A DNA stretch of 64,000 nt from an uncultured Thermoleophilia bacterium (GTDB lineage: Bacteria > Actinomycetota > Thermoleophilia > UBA2241), in NCBI GenBank assembly GCA_963715985.1, contig CAVQSP010000020.1:160001-224000 (forward strand), written 5' to 3'. The position numbers and the translations under genes are program-made. The notes below the pieces were generated by a model. It saw only the letters and a list, made by a program, of their open reading frames with translations, was not told the origin of the DNA and ran no database searches. Shown one piece after another: positions 1 to 12,510 of this stretch (its first letter is position 1; each line of letters starts with the position of its first letter).

Positions 1-761
1 GGCGAGGCCATCAGACTGCGGGCGGCGGCGGCCTGCCGCTCGGCCGCCGCCGCCGCCCGTCTGGCGTTGGCCTCGTCGCAGTTGGCCAGGCGGTTGGCGC
101 TCTCGCGCACCGTGCCGAGCACGGCGTGCTCCTCCCAGCGCAGGCACGCCTCGTGCGCGCCGAGGACGGCGAGCAGGTCGGCGGCGGTCTGCGAGCGCTT
201 GCTGTAGCAGGCCACGTTGCGCTCGCGCTCCATGACCTTGAACTCGAGGTCCAGGCGCGCCAGCAGGCGCCGGACCTGTTCGGCCAGGCCGAGGTCCTCG
301 ATCGTGAGCTCCACGTGCACCGGCGCCCCCGGCGCGGAGATCGAACCGCAGCCCAGGAAGAGGCCGCGCAGAAAGGCGACCAGGCAGCAGCGCCGCTCCA
401 CCAGCCGGCGCGGAACCGTCATCTGCACCCGCAGGTCGTCGGAGAGCACCCCGAGCTCGTTGAGCAGCTGCAGGTCGCGCACCTCGTCCCCGAGCACGAC
501 TTCGTAGCGCAGGCCGACGGGGGCGGAGTCCACGGTGCGCAGCTCCGCCCGCACGCCGAAGCGCTTGAGCAGGCCGAGCACGTGCCGCGCCGAGGCCGGC
601 AGAGCCAGCGAGATGCGCAGCCCGTAGCGACCGCCGGGGCCGATATCGAAGACGCCGGCCCCGAAGAGGATGCCGGAGAGCTGCGCGCGCCGGCAGTGCT
701 CGGCCTCGGGGACCACCGTGCCGAGCTCGAGCTTGACGTCGCGGGTGAAGGACACCGTCAT
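1..761 (-). CDS. whiA: DNA-binding/cell-division protein WhiA (partial, runs off left edge)
   Basis: Start ATG 761 overlaps the yvcK stop (ATGA). Translation MTVSFTRDVKLELG...CCLVAFLRGLFLGCGSI...NRLANCDEANA matches WhiA; position in the rapZ-yvcK-whiA operon. Confidence 0.9.
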   Translation of the reverse strand, partial: MTVSFTRDVKLELGTVVPEAEHCRRAQLSGILFGAGVFDIGPGGRYGLRISLALPASARHVLGLLKRFGVRAELRTVDSAPVGLRYEVVLGDEVRDLQLLNELGVLSDDLRVQMTVPRRLVERRCCLVAFLRGLFLGCGSISAPGAPVHVELTIEDLGLAEQVRRLLARLDLEFKVMERERNVACYSKRSQTAADLLAVLGAHEACLRWEEHAVLGTVRESANRLANCDEANARRAAAAAERQAAAARSLMAS

Positions 762-2008
762 CTCACGGCGTGCAGCAGCGCGTCCGCCAGCCGCTCGGGG
801 TCGTGGCGAACCACCTCGTTCTGCGTGAGGAGCGGCGCGCGCGCCACCTTGACACCCATGTCCCGCAGCCGCTGCTCGTCGACCACCACCGGCCGCGCGC
901 CCTCGCGCTCGTAGCGCCGCACCAGCTCGGGCGACAGCGGCTCGTCGTTGACGAGCACGACGTCCACCACCCCGCTGAGCCCGTGCAGGTGCAGCGCCTC
1001 CAGGTGGTCGGCGGCGGTGTAGCCGTCGGTCTCTCCCGGCTGCGTCATGACGTTGCACACGTACACCACCCAGGCGCGCGTCCCCGCGATGGCGTCGCGG
1101 ATCCCGGGGATGAGCACGTTGGGCATCACGGACGTGTACAGGCTGCCCGGCCCCAGGACCACCAGGTCGGCCTTGGCGAAGGCGGAGAGCGCCTGCGGAT
1201 GCGGCCGCGGCACCTCGGGGCTGAGCCACACGCGCAGCGGCAGCCGGTCGGCGGCCGTGATGGTGCTCTCCCCGCTCACACGGCCGCCGCCCTCCAGCTG
1301 CGCGTGCAGCACGACGTCGTCGAGGGTGGACGGCAGCACCCGCCCTCTCACCTTGAGCACCTGGGTGGACTCCTGCACGGCCAGCTCGAAGTCGCCCGTC
1401 ACTTCTGTGAGGGCTGCCATGAAGAGGTTGCCGAAGCTGTGCCCGTGCAGGCCGCCGTCCTCCGGGAAGCGGTACTTGAAGAGCTGACTCATCACGGACT
1501 CGTCGTCGGCCAGCGCCACGAGGCAGTTGCGCAGGTCGCCGGGCGGCGGCATGCCCATGTGGCGGCGCAGCAGCCCGGAGCTGCCGCCGTCGTCGGCCAT
1601 GGTCACCACGGCCGTGAGGTTGCTGGTGTGGGCCTTGAGGCCGCGAAGCAAGGCCGCCAGGCCATTGCCGCCGCCGACGGCCACGACGCGCGGGCCGCGC
1701 GCCAGACGCGCCGTCTCGCGGATCTCGCCGACACTCTCGGGGCTGGTCTTCTGGAAGAGCCAGACCCGGCGCGCACCCCAGACGAGCAGCACCGCGCCGA
1801 ACACGATGCCGTCGAAGGCGAGCACCGCTGCCGCCCAGTGCCGGTGCTCGAGCCATCCCATGCCCAGGCCGCGCAGAAGCTGCGCCGACCAGATCACGCC
1901 CACGGAGAAGAGGAGCGAGTAGGCCAGCACGGCGCCGCCGGCGAGGGCGAGCAGGATCCAGCGCTTGAGCCCCAATCCGGGGTAGAGCCACTCCAGCGAT
2001 CGGGGCAT
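758..2008 (-). CDS. yvcK: YvcK/GlmR (CofD-like) UDP-GlcNAc-binding protein with N-terminal membrane segments
   Basis: Motifs VGGGNGL, DDGGSSG, PPGDLRN, GHSFGNL, GPGSLYTS; operon context. Confidence 0.93.
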   Translation of the reverse strand: MPRSLEWLYPGLGLKRWILLALAGGAVLAYSLLFSVGVIWSAQLLRGLGMGWLEHRHWAAAVLAFDGIVFGAVLLVWGARRVWLFQKTSPESVGEIRETARLARGPRVVAVGGGNGLAALLRGLKAHTSNLTAVVTMADDGGSSGLLRRHMGMPPPGDLRNCLVALADDESVMSQLFKYRFPEDGGLHGHSFGNLFMAALTEVTGDFELAVQESTQVLKVRGRVLPSTLDDVVLHAQLEGGGRVSGESTITAADRLPLRVWLSPEVPRPHPQALSAFAKADLVVLGPGSLYTSVMPNVLIPGIRDAIAGTRAWVVYVCNVMTQPGETDGYTAADHLEALHLHGLSGVVDVVLVNDEPLSPELVRRYEREGARPVVVDEQRLRDMGVKVARAPLLTQNEVVRHDPERLADALLHAVR

Positions 2009-2016
2009 GACGGGTC

Positions 2017-2886
2017 TTAGTCCCTCGTGAGGTCGCGGTGACGCACCACCGTGTAGTAGCCCTGCTTCTCGTAGCGCTCGCCGATGAGCTGCGCGATGGC
2101 GACGGAGCGATGCCGCCCCCCGGTGCAGCCCACGCCGATGGTGAGGTGGGCCTTGCCTTCGGCAGCGTATCGCGGGAAGAGGAAGTCGAGCAGGGGGAAC
2201 AGACGGTCGAGGTACTCCTGCGACCCGGGCGACTCCATCACGAAGTCCCGCACCTCCGCGTCGAGGCCCGTGAGCGGCCGCAGCCGCAGGTCGTAGTGCG
2301 GGTTGGGCAGGAAGCGCACGTCGAAGAGCAGGTCGGCGTCGATGGGGATGCCGTACTTGTAGCCGAACGAGACCACGGCGAACACGATGTTGGTGCGCCG
2401 GTTGTGCTGGATCAGGTCCTCGTTGAGTCGCGCCTTGAGCTGGTGGATGGAGATGTCGCTGGTGTCGATGACCATGTGGGCGCGTTCGCGCAGCCCCGCC
2501 AGGAGTCCGCGCTCCTTGCGGATGCCGTCGATGACGCTGCCGCCGCCGGCCAGCGGGTGGCGGCGGCGCGTCTCCTTGAAGCGGCGCACGAGCGCCTCGT
2601 TGGACGCCTCCAGAAACACCAGCGTGTATTCCACGTCGCGCTCGTGCAGCTCGTCGAGCAGGTCCTCGAGCTGGCTGAAGTACTCCCCCCCGCGCACGTC
2701 GCTGACCACGGCCACGCGGTCGACCTTGCTGCCGGTGCGGCGGAAGAGGTCGACGAGCGTGGGCACGAGCTCCGGGGGGAGGTTGTCCACGCAGAACCAG
2801 CCGGCGTCCTCGAACGAGTCCATGGCCTGGGACTTGCCGGCCCCGGAGAGGCCGGTGATGATGACGAACTCCAGGGGCGAGCTCAC
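2017..2886 (-). CDS. rapZ: RNase adapter RapZ (YvcJ) P-loop protein
   Basis: GTG 2886; GLSGAGKS, CVDNLP, SFGYKYG, DVRFLPNP, GCTGGRHRSV. Confidence 0.95.
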   Translation of the reverse strand: MSSPLEFVIITGLSGAGKSQAMDSFEDAGWFCVDNLPPELVPTLVDLFRRTGSKVDRVAVVSDVRGGEYFSQLEDLLDELHERDVEYTLVFLEASNEALVRRFKETRRRHPLAGGGSVIDGIRKERGLLAGLRERAHMVIDTSDISIHQLKARLNEDLIQHNRRTNIVFAVVSFGYKYGIPIDADLLFDVRFLPNPHYDLRLRPLTGLDAEVRDFVMESPGSQEYLDRLFPLLDFLFPRYAAEGKAHLTIGVGCTGGRHRSVAIAQLIGERYEKQGYYTVVRHRDLTRD

Positions 2887-3428
2887 GCCAGCCGGCCTTC
2901 CCGCACGGCCACGCCCTCGAGGGCGAGCAGGCGCTCCTTCCACGCCGGGTCGGAGCCGTACTGGCCCAGGCGCCCGTCGTTGCGCACCACCCGGTGGCAC
3001 GGAAGGATGAGCGGCAGCTCGTTGCCCGCCATCACCGACCCCGTGGCCCGGTAGGCGTTGGGGTGACCGGCCGCGGCGGCGAGCTCTCTGTAACTCAGCG
3101 CCGTTCCGTAGGGCACGGCGGCCAGGGCCGCGAACACCTCGGCTGCGAAGGCGGTGAGGCCACGGGCGGCGGCGTAGGCCTCCACGTCGAGCTCGAACGA
3201 CACTGGCTCGCCGGCGAAGTAGCGCGTGAGCAGACCGCGCAGGCGGTCGGCCGCGGGCTTCGCGACCGAGTCGGCCAGGCACACGTAGGCGGTCCCGGGC
3301 AGATCGAGCCGGATGGGCAGGTCGCCGGCGAGCACGAACCTGCCCACACCCCACCCGCACTCGTACGTGTGTTCCGTGACCGGCCCGCGGCCGGCGTACT
3401 GCTCAGCCTGTCTTGTGGAGGTGCGCAT
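2883..3428 (-). CDS. ogt: Methylated-DNA--protein-cysteine methyltransferase
   Basis: VPYG..SYRELA..AGHPNAYRA..ILPCHRVV active-site motif. Start uncertain. Confidence 0.88.
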   Translation of the reverse strand: MRTSTRQAEQYAGRGPVTEHTYECGWGVGRFVLAGDLPIRLDLPGTAYVCLADSVAKPAADRLRGLLTRYFAGEPVSFELDVEAYAAARGLTAFAAEVFAALAAVPYGTALSYRELAAAAGHPNAYRATGSVMAGNELPLILPCHRVVRNDGRLGQYGSDPAWKERLLALEGVAVREGRLA

Positions 3429-5265
3429 AGATCTCCCTCGCCACCTTGCGCGGCAGCCCCGGCACGCGCTCGAGTTCCTCGCGGGAGGCGGCGATGAAGC
3501 GCTCGGGGCTGCCGAAGTGCTCCAGGATGCGCCGCCGCCGCACGGGGCCGACCTGCGGCAACTCGTCGAAGACCGGGGACGAGCGCAGGCCGGCGTCGCG
3601 GCGCTGTCTATGGTACGTCACGGCGAAGCGGTGCGCCTCGTCGCGGATACGCTGCAGTAGCAGCGAGCCCGGATCGTCGGCAGGCAGCGGCAGCGGGTCG
3701 CGCCGGCCCGGCACGAAGACCTCCTCGCGCTGCTTGGCGAGGCTGGCGAGCTCGAGCTCCACCCCGGCCTCGCGAAGGGCCGCCTGCGCCGCGGAGAGCT
3801 GGCCCTTGCCGCCGTCCACGACGACCAGGTCGGGCAGGGTGGCGAAGCTCTCGTCGTAATCGCCCCCGGACTCGGCGGCGCCGGCACGCTCGAAGCGGCG
3901 CCGCACCACCTGGTTCATCATCGCGAAGTCGTCCTGGCCATCCGTGTCGCGGAGCGCGAACTTGCGGTAGTGGGCCTTCTTGGGCTGGCCGCCCTCGAAG
4001 ACGACCATGGAGCCCACGATGTGCTGCTCTCCGAGGTTGGAGATGTCGTAGCACTCGATGCGCAGCGGCAGGCTCTCGAGACCCAAGGCATCGCGCAGGT
4101 GTTCGAGCGCCTCGATGCGCGCCGAGCTGCGGCGCGCCAGGCGCTCTTCCTCGGCCTGCGCGGCGAGCTCGGCGTTGCGCTGGGCCAGCTCCAGAAGGCG
4201 GCGCTTGGGGCCGCGTTTGGCGGCGCGCACGGCCACACTGGCGCCGCGCCGCGCGGCCAGCACCGCCGCCACACTCTCGGACTCCTCCAGCGGCGCCACC
4301 ACTTCGGGCGGCACCGCCGAGCCGTCCCAGTAGAACTCGAGCAGGAACTCCTCCAGCACGTCGGCGACGTCGCGCCCCTCGGCGTTCTCCACGTAGAACG
4401 CCTGCCGGTCCACCACGGCGCCGTCACGCACGCGGAACACCTGCGCGTTGGCGCCGGGCTCGCCCTGGTACAGGCCGACCACGTCGAAGGCGTCGGTGTC
4501 TTCGATGCGCGCGGACTGGCGCTCGTGCACGTGGCGCACGGCGGCGAGACGGTCGCGCAGCGCCGCCGCCTTCTCGAACTCCTGCGTCGCCGCGGCGGTG
4601 GCCATCTCGCGCTCGATGCCACGCTCCACGTCGGTCAGCTTGCCGCGCAGGAAGTCCACCGCCTGGCGCACCACGTCCATGTACTCCTCGTGTGTCACAC
4701 GTGCGTCACAGGGCGCCAATGAGCGCTTGATGAAGTACTGCAGGCAGGGCGAGCCGCTGGGCCGTCCGGGCTTCGCCCCCTTGCACTTGCGGTAGGGGAA
4801 GATGCGCCCGATGAGCTCCGTGACCTCACGGACCTTGCGGGCGCTTGAGTACGGCCCGAAATAGAGGTTGCCGGGAACGTGGCGCCCGCGGAAGAACCGC
4901 ACCCGCGGCCACTCGTCGTTCATCGTGATCTCGATGTACGGGTAGCTCTTGTCGTCGCGCAGGCGCAAGTTGAACGGCGGCCGTGCCTCCTTGATGAAGT
5001 TGTCCTCCAGCAGCAGGGCTTCACTCTCGGAGGCCGTCACCACCCACTCCAGGTCGCGCGCCTGGGCGAGCATCTCGCCGGTACGCCCGTGCGGCGTGCG
5101 CCCGCGGGCGAAGTACGAGGCCACACGCTTGCGCAAGTCCTTGGCCTTGCCCACGTAGAGCACTTCGCCGCCCGCGCCGAGAAAACGGTACACGCCGGGG
5201 TCGTGCGGTACGTGAGGCAGGCGCGCCTCGAGGCCGCCGAGGGAGGGTGAGCGCGGAACAGTCAT
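3403..5265 (-). CDS. uvrC: Excinuclease ABC subunit C
   Basis: GIY-YIG (PGVYRF..LYVGKAKDLRKRV), DDKSYPY, ECYDIS, DGGKGQL, RDEAHRFA. ATG 5265 lies 7 nt downstream of TACAAT. Confidence 0.96.
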   Translation of the reverse strand: MTVPRSPSLGGLEARLPHVPHDPGVYRFLGAGGEVLYVGKAKDLRKRVASYFARGRTPHGRTGEMLAQARDLEWVVTASESEALLLEDNFIKEARPPFNLRLRDDKSYPYIEITMNDEWPRVRFFRGRHVPGNLYFGPYSSARKVREVTELIGRIFPYRKCKGAKPGRPSGSPCLQYFIKRSLAPCDARVTHEEYMDVVRQAVDFLRGKLTDVERGIEREMATAAATQEFEKAAALRDRLAAVRHVHERQSARIEDTDAFDVVGLYQGEPGANAQVFRVRDGAVVDRQAFYVENAEGRDVADVLEEFLLEFYWDGSAVPPEVVAPLEESESVAAVLAARRGASVAVRAAKRGPKRRLLELAQRNAELAAQAEEERLARRSSARIEALEHLRDALGLESLPLRIECYDISNLGEQHIVGSMVVFEGGQPKKAHYRKFALRDTDGQDDFAMMNQVVRRRFERAGAAESGGDYDESFATLPDLVVVDGGKGQLSAAQAALREAGVELELASLAKQREEVFVPGRRDPLPLPADDPGSLLLQRIRDEAHRFAVTYHRQRRDAGLRSSPVFDELPQVGPVRRRRILEHFGSPERFIAASREELERVPGLPRKVAREIYAHLHKTG

Positions 5266-5417
5266 CTCCCCGATTGTACTGCCCGCGTGCGGCGCCTGCG
5301 GCGCACACCCCACCGCCTGGCAGGCGTGGCCGGGCGACGTGGTCGTACCTGACGGCACGGAGCTCCTCACGAACGCCACGCACCTGGGCTGCGCTCCGGG
5401 CATGAACGCAGCTCCGG

Positions 5418-5927
5418 CTAGGGCGAACGGTCACGCCGCAAGCAGGGCGAAGGGTCCGCGCACAGGCCGAGCCGCATCTCGAAGAACGGAAGGCGTGCGC
5501 CAGAGGCGAGGATCTTGGTCCCTCGCGACGTGATCGCGAAGCCGAGCTTCTCGTAGCATGCGATGGCGCGGACGTTGTCCCGGCGCACGTGCAACGTGAC
5601 GACCCTCGTGGGGAGCTGCCGCCGGCACTCGTCGAGGGCCAGGCGGATCGCCTCGGAGCCGATCCCTCGACCGAACACGGACGGGTGCTTCAAGTAGACA
5701 CCGAGGACGGACTCCTCGGGGCCCCCACCTGGCTCGAGCCAGACCGTGCCGACGTCGGCACCGGAGCTGACGACGATGAACCAGAGAAGGCCGTGGTCGG
5801 GATCGTGACGCACGGCCAGTGCGTCCCGCGGCCTCACCCGCGACGCATACTTCCCGAGGTCGAAGGCCTCAGCCCAGCGCCCGATGAGCTGCAGGTCGTC
5901 CTCACCGAATGCTCGCAGCTCGATCAC
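5418..5927 (-). CDS. GNAT-family N-acetyltransferase (RimJ/RimL-like)
   Basis: GRGIGS acetyl-CoA motif and NVRAIACYEKLGF; GTG 5927. Confidence 0.8.
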   Translation of the reverse strand: MIELRAFGEDDLQLIGRWAEAFDLGKYASRVRPRDALAVRHDPDHGLLWFIVVSSGADVGTVWLEPGGGPEESVLGVYLKHPSVFGRGIGSEAIRLALDECRRQLPTRVVTLHVRRDNVRAIACYEKLGFAITSRGTKILASGARLPFFEMRLGLCADPSPCLRRDRSP

Positions 5928-5970
5928 GTGGCCTCGCCTGAGGAGAGGGATACCGTCTGCGCGGTGGCCT

Positions 5971-8811
<2,841 letters not shown>

Positions 8812-8925
8812 CCGTCTAGTTTGACAGGTCTGACAAGCCGGCGCCGCCGACGAGTCAGCGTCGCAGCGGCTGCGGCCGACGGCGCTCCCCGTTGCAGGCG
8901 CCGCCGGCCGGAGTACGCTGTGGGA

Positions 8926-9105
8926 GTGGACGGGACCGGCATCAGCGGGAGCTCGGCGGGCGACGAGCCGGTACGATCGGCGCGAGACCGCACGCCGGTC
9001 GCGTCCACCGGTTGCATCGTCGGCCTGGTCCTCGCGGTGCTGGCCGTGTTTGTGATCGCGCCGGCCCTGCTGTGGGGCCTGGGCATGGCGTGCGGCGCCC
9101 GCTAG
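8926..9105 (+). CDS. Putative 59-aa single-pass membrane protein
   Basis: TTGCAG-N16-TACGCT-N6-GTG leaderless promoter; hydrophobic helix [24 protein letters not shown]. Confidence 0.5.
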   Translation: MDGTGISGSSAGDEPVRSARDRTPVASTGCIVGLVLAVLAVFVIAPALLWGLGMACGAR

Positions 9106-9133
9106 GAGCTCGCTCCGCCGCGCCGGTCTCAGT

Positions 9134-9234
9134 GAGCAGTGCGCCAACGGTGCCCCGCTCGTTAGCCCCGCTGCGCCGGCTATTGAGGGGTGATACTACG
9201 CCTCACCCCTCGTTGACCTGCCTACGGGGGTCAA
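9134..9234. repeat. Four abutting stem-loops with similar triloops
   Basis: Inverted repeats at 9134-9160, 9163-9182, 9185-9211 and 9213-9234, separated by 1-2 nt. Confidence 0.65.
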
Positions 9235-9848
9235 TCGATGAGCAGGAGACCGGTCCAGCGCGGATGGTCGGCCGCCGGCACCTCGACCGCGAGGCCCGCC
9301 GCCTCAGCCGTGGCGACGACGTCGATGCCCACGGCTTCCATGGACGGCCGCGCCTCGAAGGGGTGCTTGCACTGCCCACCCGTGGCGCCGGCACAGACGT
9401 CGCACAGCACGCAGTCACCGCCGGCGAACGCGGCCGCGAAGCGGTAGCCCATCTTGTAGGCCTCGGCCTCCAGCGCCGTCATCATCGCGGCGAACTCGTT
9501 CTGGCTCTCGTGGAGGCGCTCCTCGTAGGCGCCCGGGCTCGCGTCGGCGTGACCCTCCGCGTCCCGGTCCGCCAAGACCTGCTCCACGGCCGTCTGCGAG
9601 AGCGGGATGTCCTGCTGTACGACGAGCGTGTCCGAGTACCGCGCCAGCGCGGCGCGCGTCTCGGCCGCGGTGGGCGTGTTGGGCGGGCACATGAGGTTCA
9701 CCCCGTAGTGCCCGCACAGCGGCACGCGGCACTTGAGCGTGACGCGCTCGTCGACGACGACGGCGCGGGCGGGCAGCGGCGCCGCGGCTGCGGCACCGAG
9801 TGCCCGCGCTCTGGACACCATCGCCTGGAGATGCAGCGCGTCAGCCAA
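9231..9848 (-). CDS. DUF2284 predicted metal-binding protein
   Basis: [45 protein letters not shown]. Start overlaps the uvrB stop. Confidence 0.8.
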   Translation of the reverse strand: MADALHLQAMVSRARALGAAAAAPLPARAVVVDERVTLKCRVPLCGHYGVNLMCPPNTPTAAETRAALARYSDTLVVQQDIPLSQTAVEQVLADRDAEGHADASPGAYEERLHESQNEFAAMMTALEAEAYKMGYRFAAAFAGGDCVLCDVCAGATGGQCKHPFEARPSMEAVGIDVVATAEAAGLAVEVPAADHPRWTGLLLID

Positions 9849-11853
9849 CCCTGGTCCCCCTTCTGGAGAGTTCCTTGCTCAGTTCCTTGATCTCGTCGCG
9901 GAGCTTGGCCGCGTACTCGAACTTGAGCTGGTCCGCGGCCTCGAACATCTCGGCCTCGAGGCTGGTCAGCAGCTTCTCGAGGTCGGCACTGGGCATGGCC
10001 ATCTTCTTGGCCACGGCCTTGGCGGCGCGGCGGCCCTTGGTGGGCACCGCCGCCGCGTCGCTCATCATCGTGGCGATGTCGCTGACGCCCTTGACGATGC
10101 TCTGCGGCACGATGCCGTGCTCTTCGTTGTAGGCGATCTGCCGGGCGCGCCGCCTGTCGGTCTCGGCGAGGGCCGCCTGCATCGCGGCCGTGACCTTGTC
10201 GGCGTACATGATCACCGTGCCGTCCACGTTGCGGGCGGCGCGGCCGATGGTCTGGATGAGGCTCGTCTGGCCGCGCAGGAAGCCCTCCTTGTCGGCGTCC
10301 AGGATGGCGACCAGCGTGACCTCGGGCAGGTCCAGCCCTTCGCGCAGCAGGTTGATGCCCACGAGCACGTCGAACTCGCCGAGGCGCAGGTCGCGGACGA
10401 TCTGGATGCGCTCCAGGGTGTCGACCTCGCTGTGCAGGTACCGCACCTTGAAGCCATTCTCCAGCAGGTAGTCGGTGAGGTCCTCGGACATGCGCTTGGT
10501 GAGGGTGGTGACGAGGACGCGCTGATCGACGTCCACGCGGCGGCGGATCTCGTTCATGAGGTCGTCGATCTGGCCCTCGGTGGGCCGCACGTCCACCACG
10601 GGGTCCACGAGCCCCGTGGGACGGATGATCTGCTCGGCGATGTTGACGCTGTTGGCGAGCTCGAACTCGGCCGGGGTGGCGCTGACGAACACGATCTGTG
10701 GCACCTTGGCGAGGAACTCGTCGATGCGCAGCGGCCGGTTGTCCAGGGCGCTGGGCAGGCGGAAGCCGTAGTCGACCAGCATGTCCTTGCGCGACTTGTC
10801 GCCGGCCGACATGGCGCGGATCTGCGGCAGCGACATGTGCGACTCGTCGATGAAGCAGAGGAAGTCGTCGGGGAAGTAGTCGAGCAGGCAGTTGGGCGTG
10901 GCCCCGGGCTCCTTGCCGAGGAGGATGCGCGAGTAGTTCTCGATGCCGCTGCAGTAGCCCATCTCGCGCAGCATCTCCATGTCGTACATGGTGCGCTGGC
11001 GCAGGCGGTGCGCCTCGAGCACCTTGCCATGCTCCTCGAACCAGGCGCAGCGCTCCTCCATCTCGCGGCGGATCTCGACGAGCGAGCGCTCCACGGCCGG
11101 GCTGTCGGTGACGAAGTGCGTGGCCGGATAGACGGCCACGTACTCCGGCCTGTCGAGGACCTCGCCGCCCACCGGGTCGTACGAGACGAGCTGCTCGATC
11201 TCGTCGCCCCACAGCTGCACGCGGATGGCGGTGTCCTGCGCGGCCGGCCAGATCTCCACCGAGTCGCCGCGGACGCGGAACTTGCCGCGCGAGGGCTCGA
11301 AGTCGTTGCGCGCGTACTGGATGTCCACCAGGCGGCGCAGCATCTCGTCGCGGTCCACGGCGTCGCCGACGCGGAGCAGGACCATCTTCTGCAGGTAGTC
11401 CTCCGGAGAGCCCAAGCCGTAGATGCACGACACGCTGGCCACGATGACCACGTCGCGGCGCACGAACAACGACGTGGTGGCCGAGTGCCGCAGGCGGTCG
11501 ATCTCGTCGTTGATGGACGAGTCCTTCTCGATGTAGAGGTCCTGCGACGGCACGTACGCCTCGGGCTGGTAGTAGTCGTAGTAGCTGACGAAGTACTCCA
11601 CGGCGTTGTCCGGCAGGAACTCGCGGAACTCGTTGCAGAGCTGGGCGGCCAGCGTCTTGTTGTGGGCGATGACCAGCGTGGGCTTCTGGACGCGCTCGAT
11701 GACGTTGGCCATGGTGAACGTCTTGCCCGAGCCGGTGACGCCGAGGAGCGTCTGGTAGCGGTCGCCGCGCAGCACGCCTTCGGCCAGCGCGTCGACCGCC
11801 TCCGGCTGGTCGCCGGTGAGGTCGTACTCCGCCTGGATGCGGAACTCGTTCAC
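9841..11853 (-). CDS. uvrB: Excinuclease ABC subunit B
   Basis: [28 protein letters not shown] beta-hairpin, DESH, C-terminal UVR domain; GTG 11853. Confidence 0.97.
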   Translation of the reverse strand: MNEFRIQAEYDLTGDQPEAVDALAEGVLRGDRYQTLLGVTGSGKTFTMANVIERVQKPTLVIAHNKTLAAQLCNEFREFLPDNAVEYFVSYYDYYQPEAYVPSQDLYIEKDSSINDEIDRLRHSATTSLFVRRDVVIVASVSCIYGLGSPEDYLQKMVLLRVGDAVDRDEMLRRLVDIQYARNDFEPSRGKFRVRGDSVEIWPAAQDTAIRVQLWGDEIEQLVSYDPVGGEVLDRPEYVAVYPATHFVTDSPAVERSLVEIRREMEERCAWFEEHGKVLEAHRLRQRTMYDMEMLREMGYCSGIENYSRILLGKEPGATPNCLLDYFPDDFLCFIDESHMSLPQIRAMSAGDKSRKDMLVDYGFRLPSALDNRPLRIDEFLAKVPQIVFVSATPAEFELANSVNIAEQIIRPTGLVDPVVDVRPTEGQIDDLMNEIRRRVDVDQRVLVTTLTKRMSEDLTDYLLENGFKVRYLHSEVDTLERIQIVRDLRLGEFDVLVGINLLREGLDLPEVTLVAILDADKEGFLRGQTSLIQTIGRAARNVDGTVIMYADKVTAAMQAALAETDRRRARQIAYNEEHGIVPQSIVKGVSDIATMMSDAAAVPTKGRRAAKAVAKKMAMPSADLEKLLTSLEAEMFEAADQLKFEYAAKLRDEIKELSKELSRRGTRVG

Positions 11854-11860
11854 AGGGAGG

Positions 11861-11889
11861 ACTCTACCAACACGAACACACGTTCGCAA
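11861..11889 (-). promoter_or_regulatory. Leaderless uvrB promoter with LexA (SOS) box CGAAC-ACAC-GTTCG (11873-11886)
   Basis: Minus strand reads TTGCGA-N17-TAGAGT-N7-GTG. A perfect Gram-positive SOS palindrome overlaps the -35 and spacer. Confidence 0.85.
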
Positions 11890-11904
11890 CGCGCGTCCCG
11901 CACC

Positions 11905-12510
11905 TCACGAGGGCAGCACGAGCCGGTCGGCGTACGTCCGGCGGTAGACCTTGCGCGCGTCGAGGACGGCGCGAACGTACGCCCGGGTCTCCGGGTACGG
12001 GATGTCGGAGATGCGCAGATCCCTGCCCTCGGCGTGAGCCGCGTCCACCCACTCCTGCACGGCGCCGGCGCCGGCGTTGTACGCGGCGATCGCGGCGACC
12101 TCGTCGCCGTCGAACATGTCCAGCACGGTGCGCAGGTAGTAGGTGCCGTAGCGCACGTTCACCTCGGGGTCCGTCAGGTCGCCGGGCACGAACGCTACAC
12201 CGCCGGTCTCGCGAGCGATCTGGTCGGCCGTCTCAGGCAACACCTGCATGAGCCCCACGGCGCCGTGGGGCGAGCGTGCGGAGGGGTCGAAGCGGCTCTC
12301 GGCGTAGATCACGGCCGCCACGAGCGCCGGGTCGAGATCGTTGTGGCGCGCCGCTGCGCGAATGGCTTCTTCGTACCGGAGAGGATAGACGGCGCGGGCG
12401 TACCAGTCCGCACCGTGAGCACCACCGGCGCCGGCCCACAGCCACACGGCGGCACCGGCCACGCCCGCCAACACGAGCAGCGCCGCCCCGACCAGCAGCA
12501 GGCGCCTCAC
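11905..12510 (-). CDS. Lytic transglycosylase (SLT domain), membrane-anchored
   Basis: VIYAESRFDP, GAVGLMQV, AAYNAG, YPETRAYV; N-terminal TM segment. Confidence 0.9.
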   Translation of the reverse strand: MRRLLLVGAALLVLAGVAGAAVWLWAGAGGAHGADWYARAVYPLRYEEAIRAAARHNDLDPALVAAVIYAESRFDPSARSPHGAVGLMQVLPETADQIARETGGVAFVPGDLTDPEVNVRYGTYYLRTVLDMFDGDEVAAIAAYNAGAGAVQEWVDAAHAEGRDLRISDIPYPETRAYVRAVLDARKVYRRTYADRLVLPS

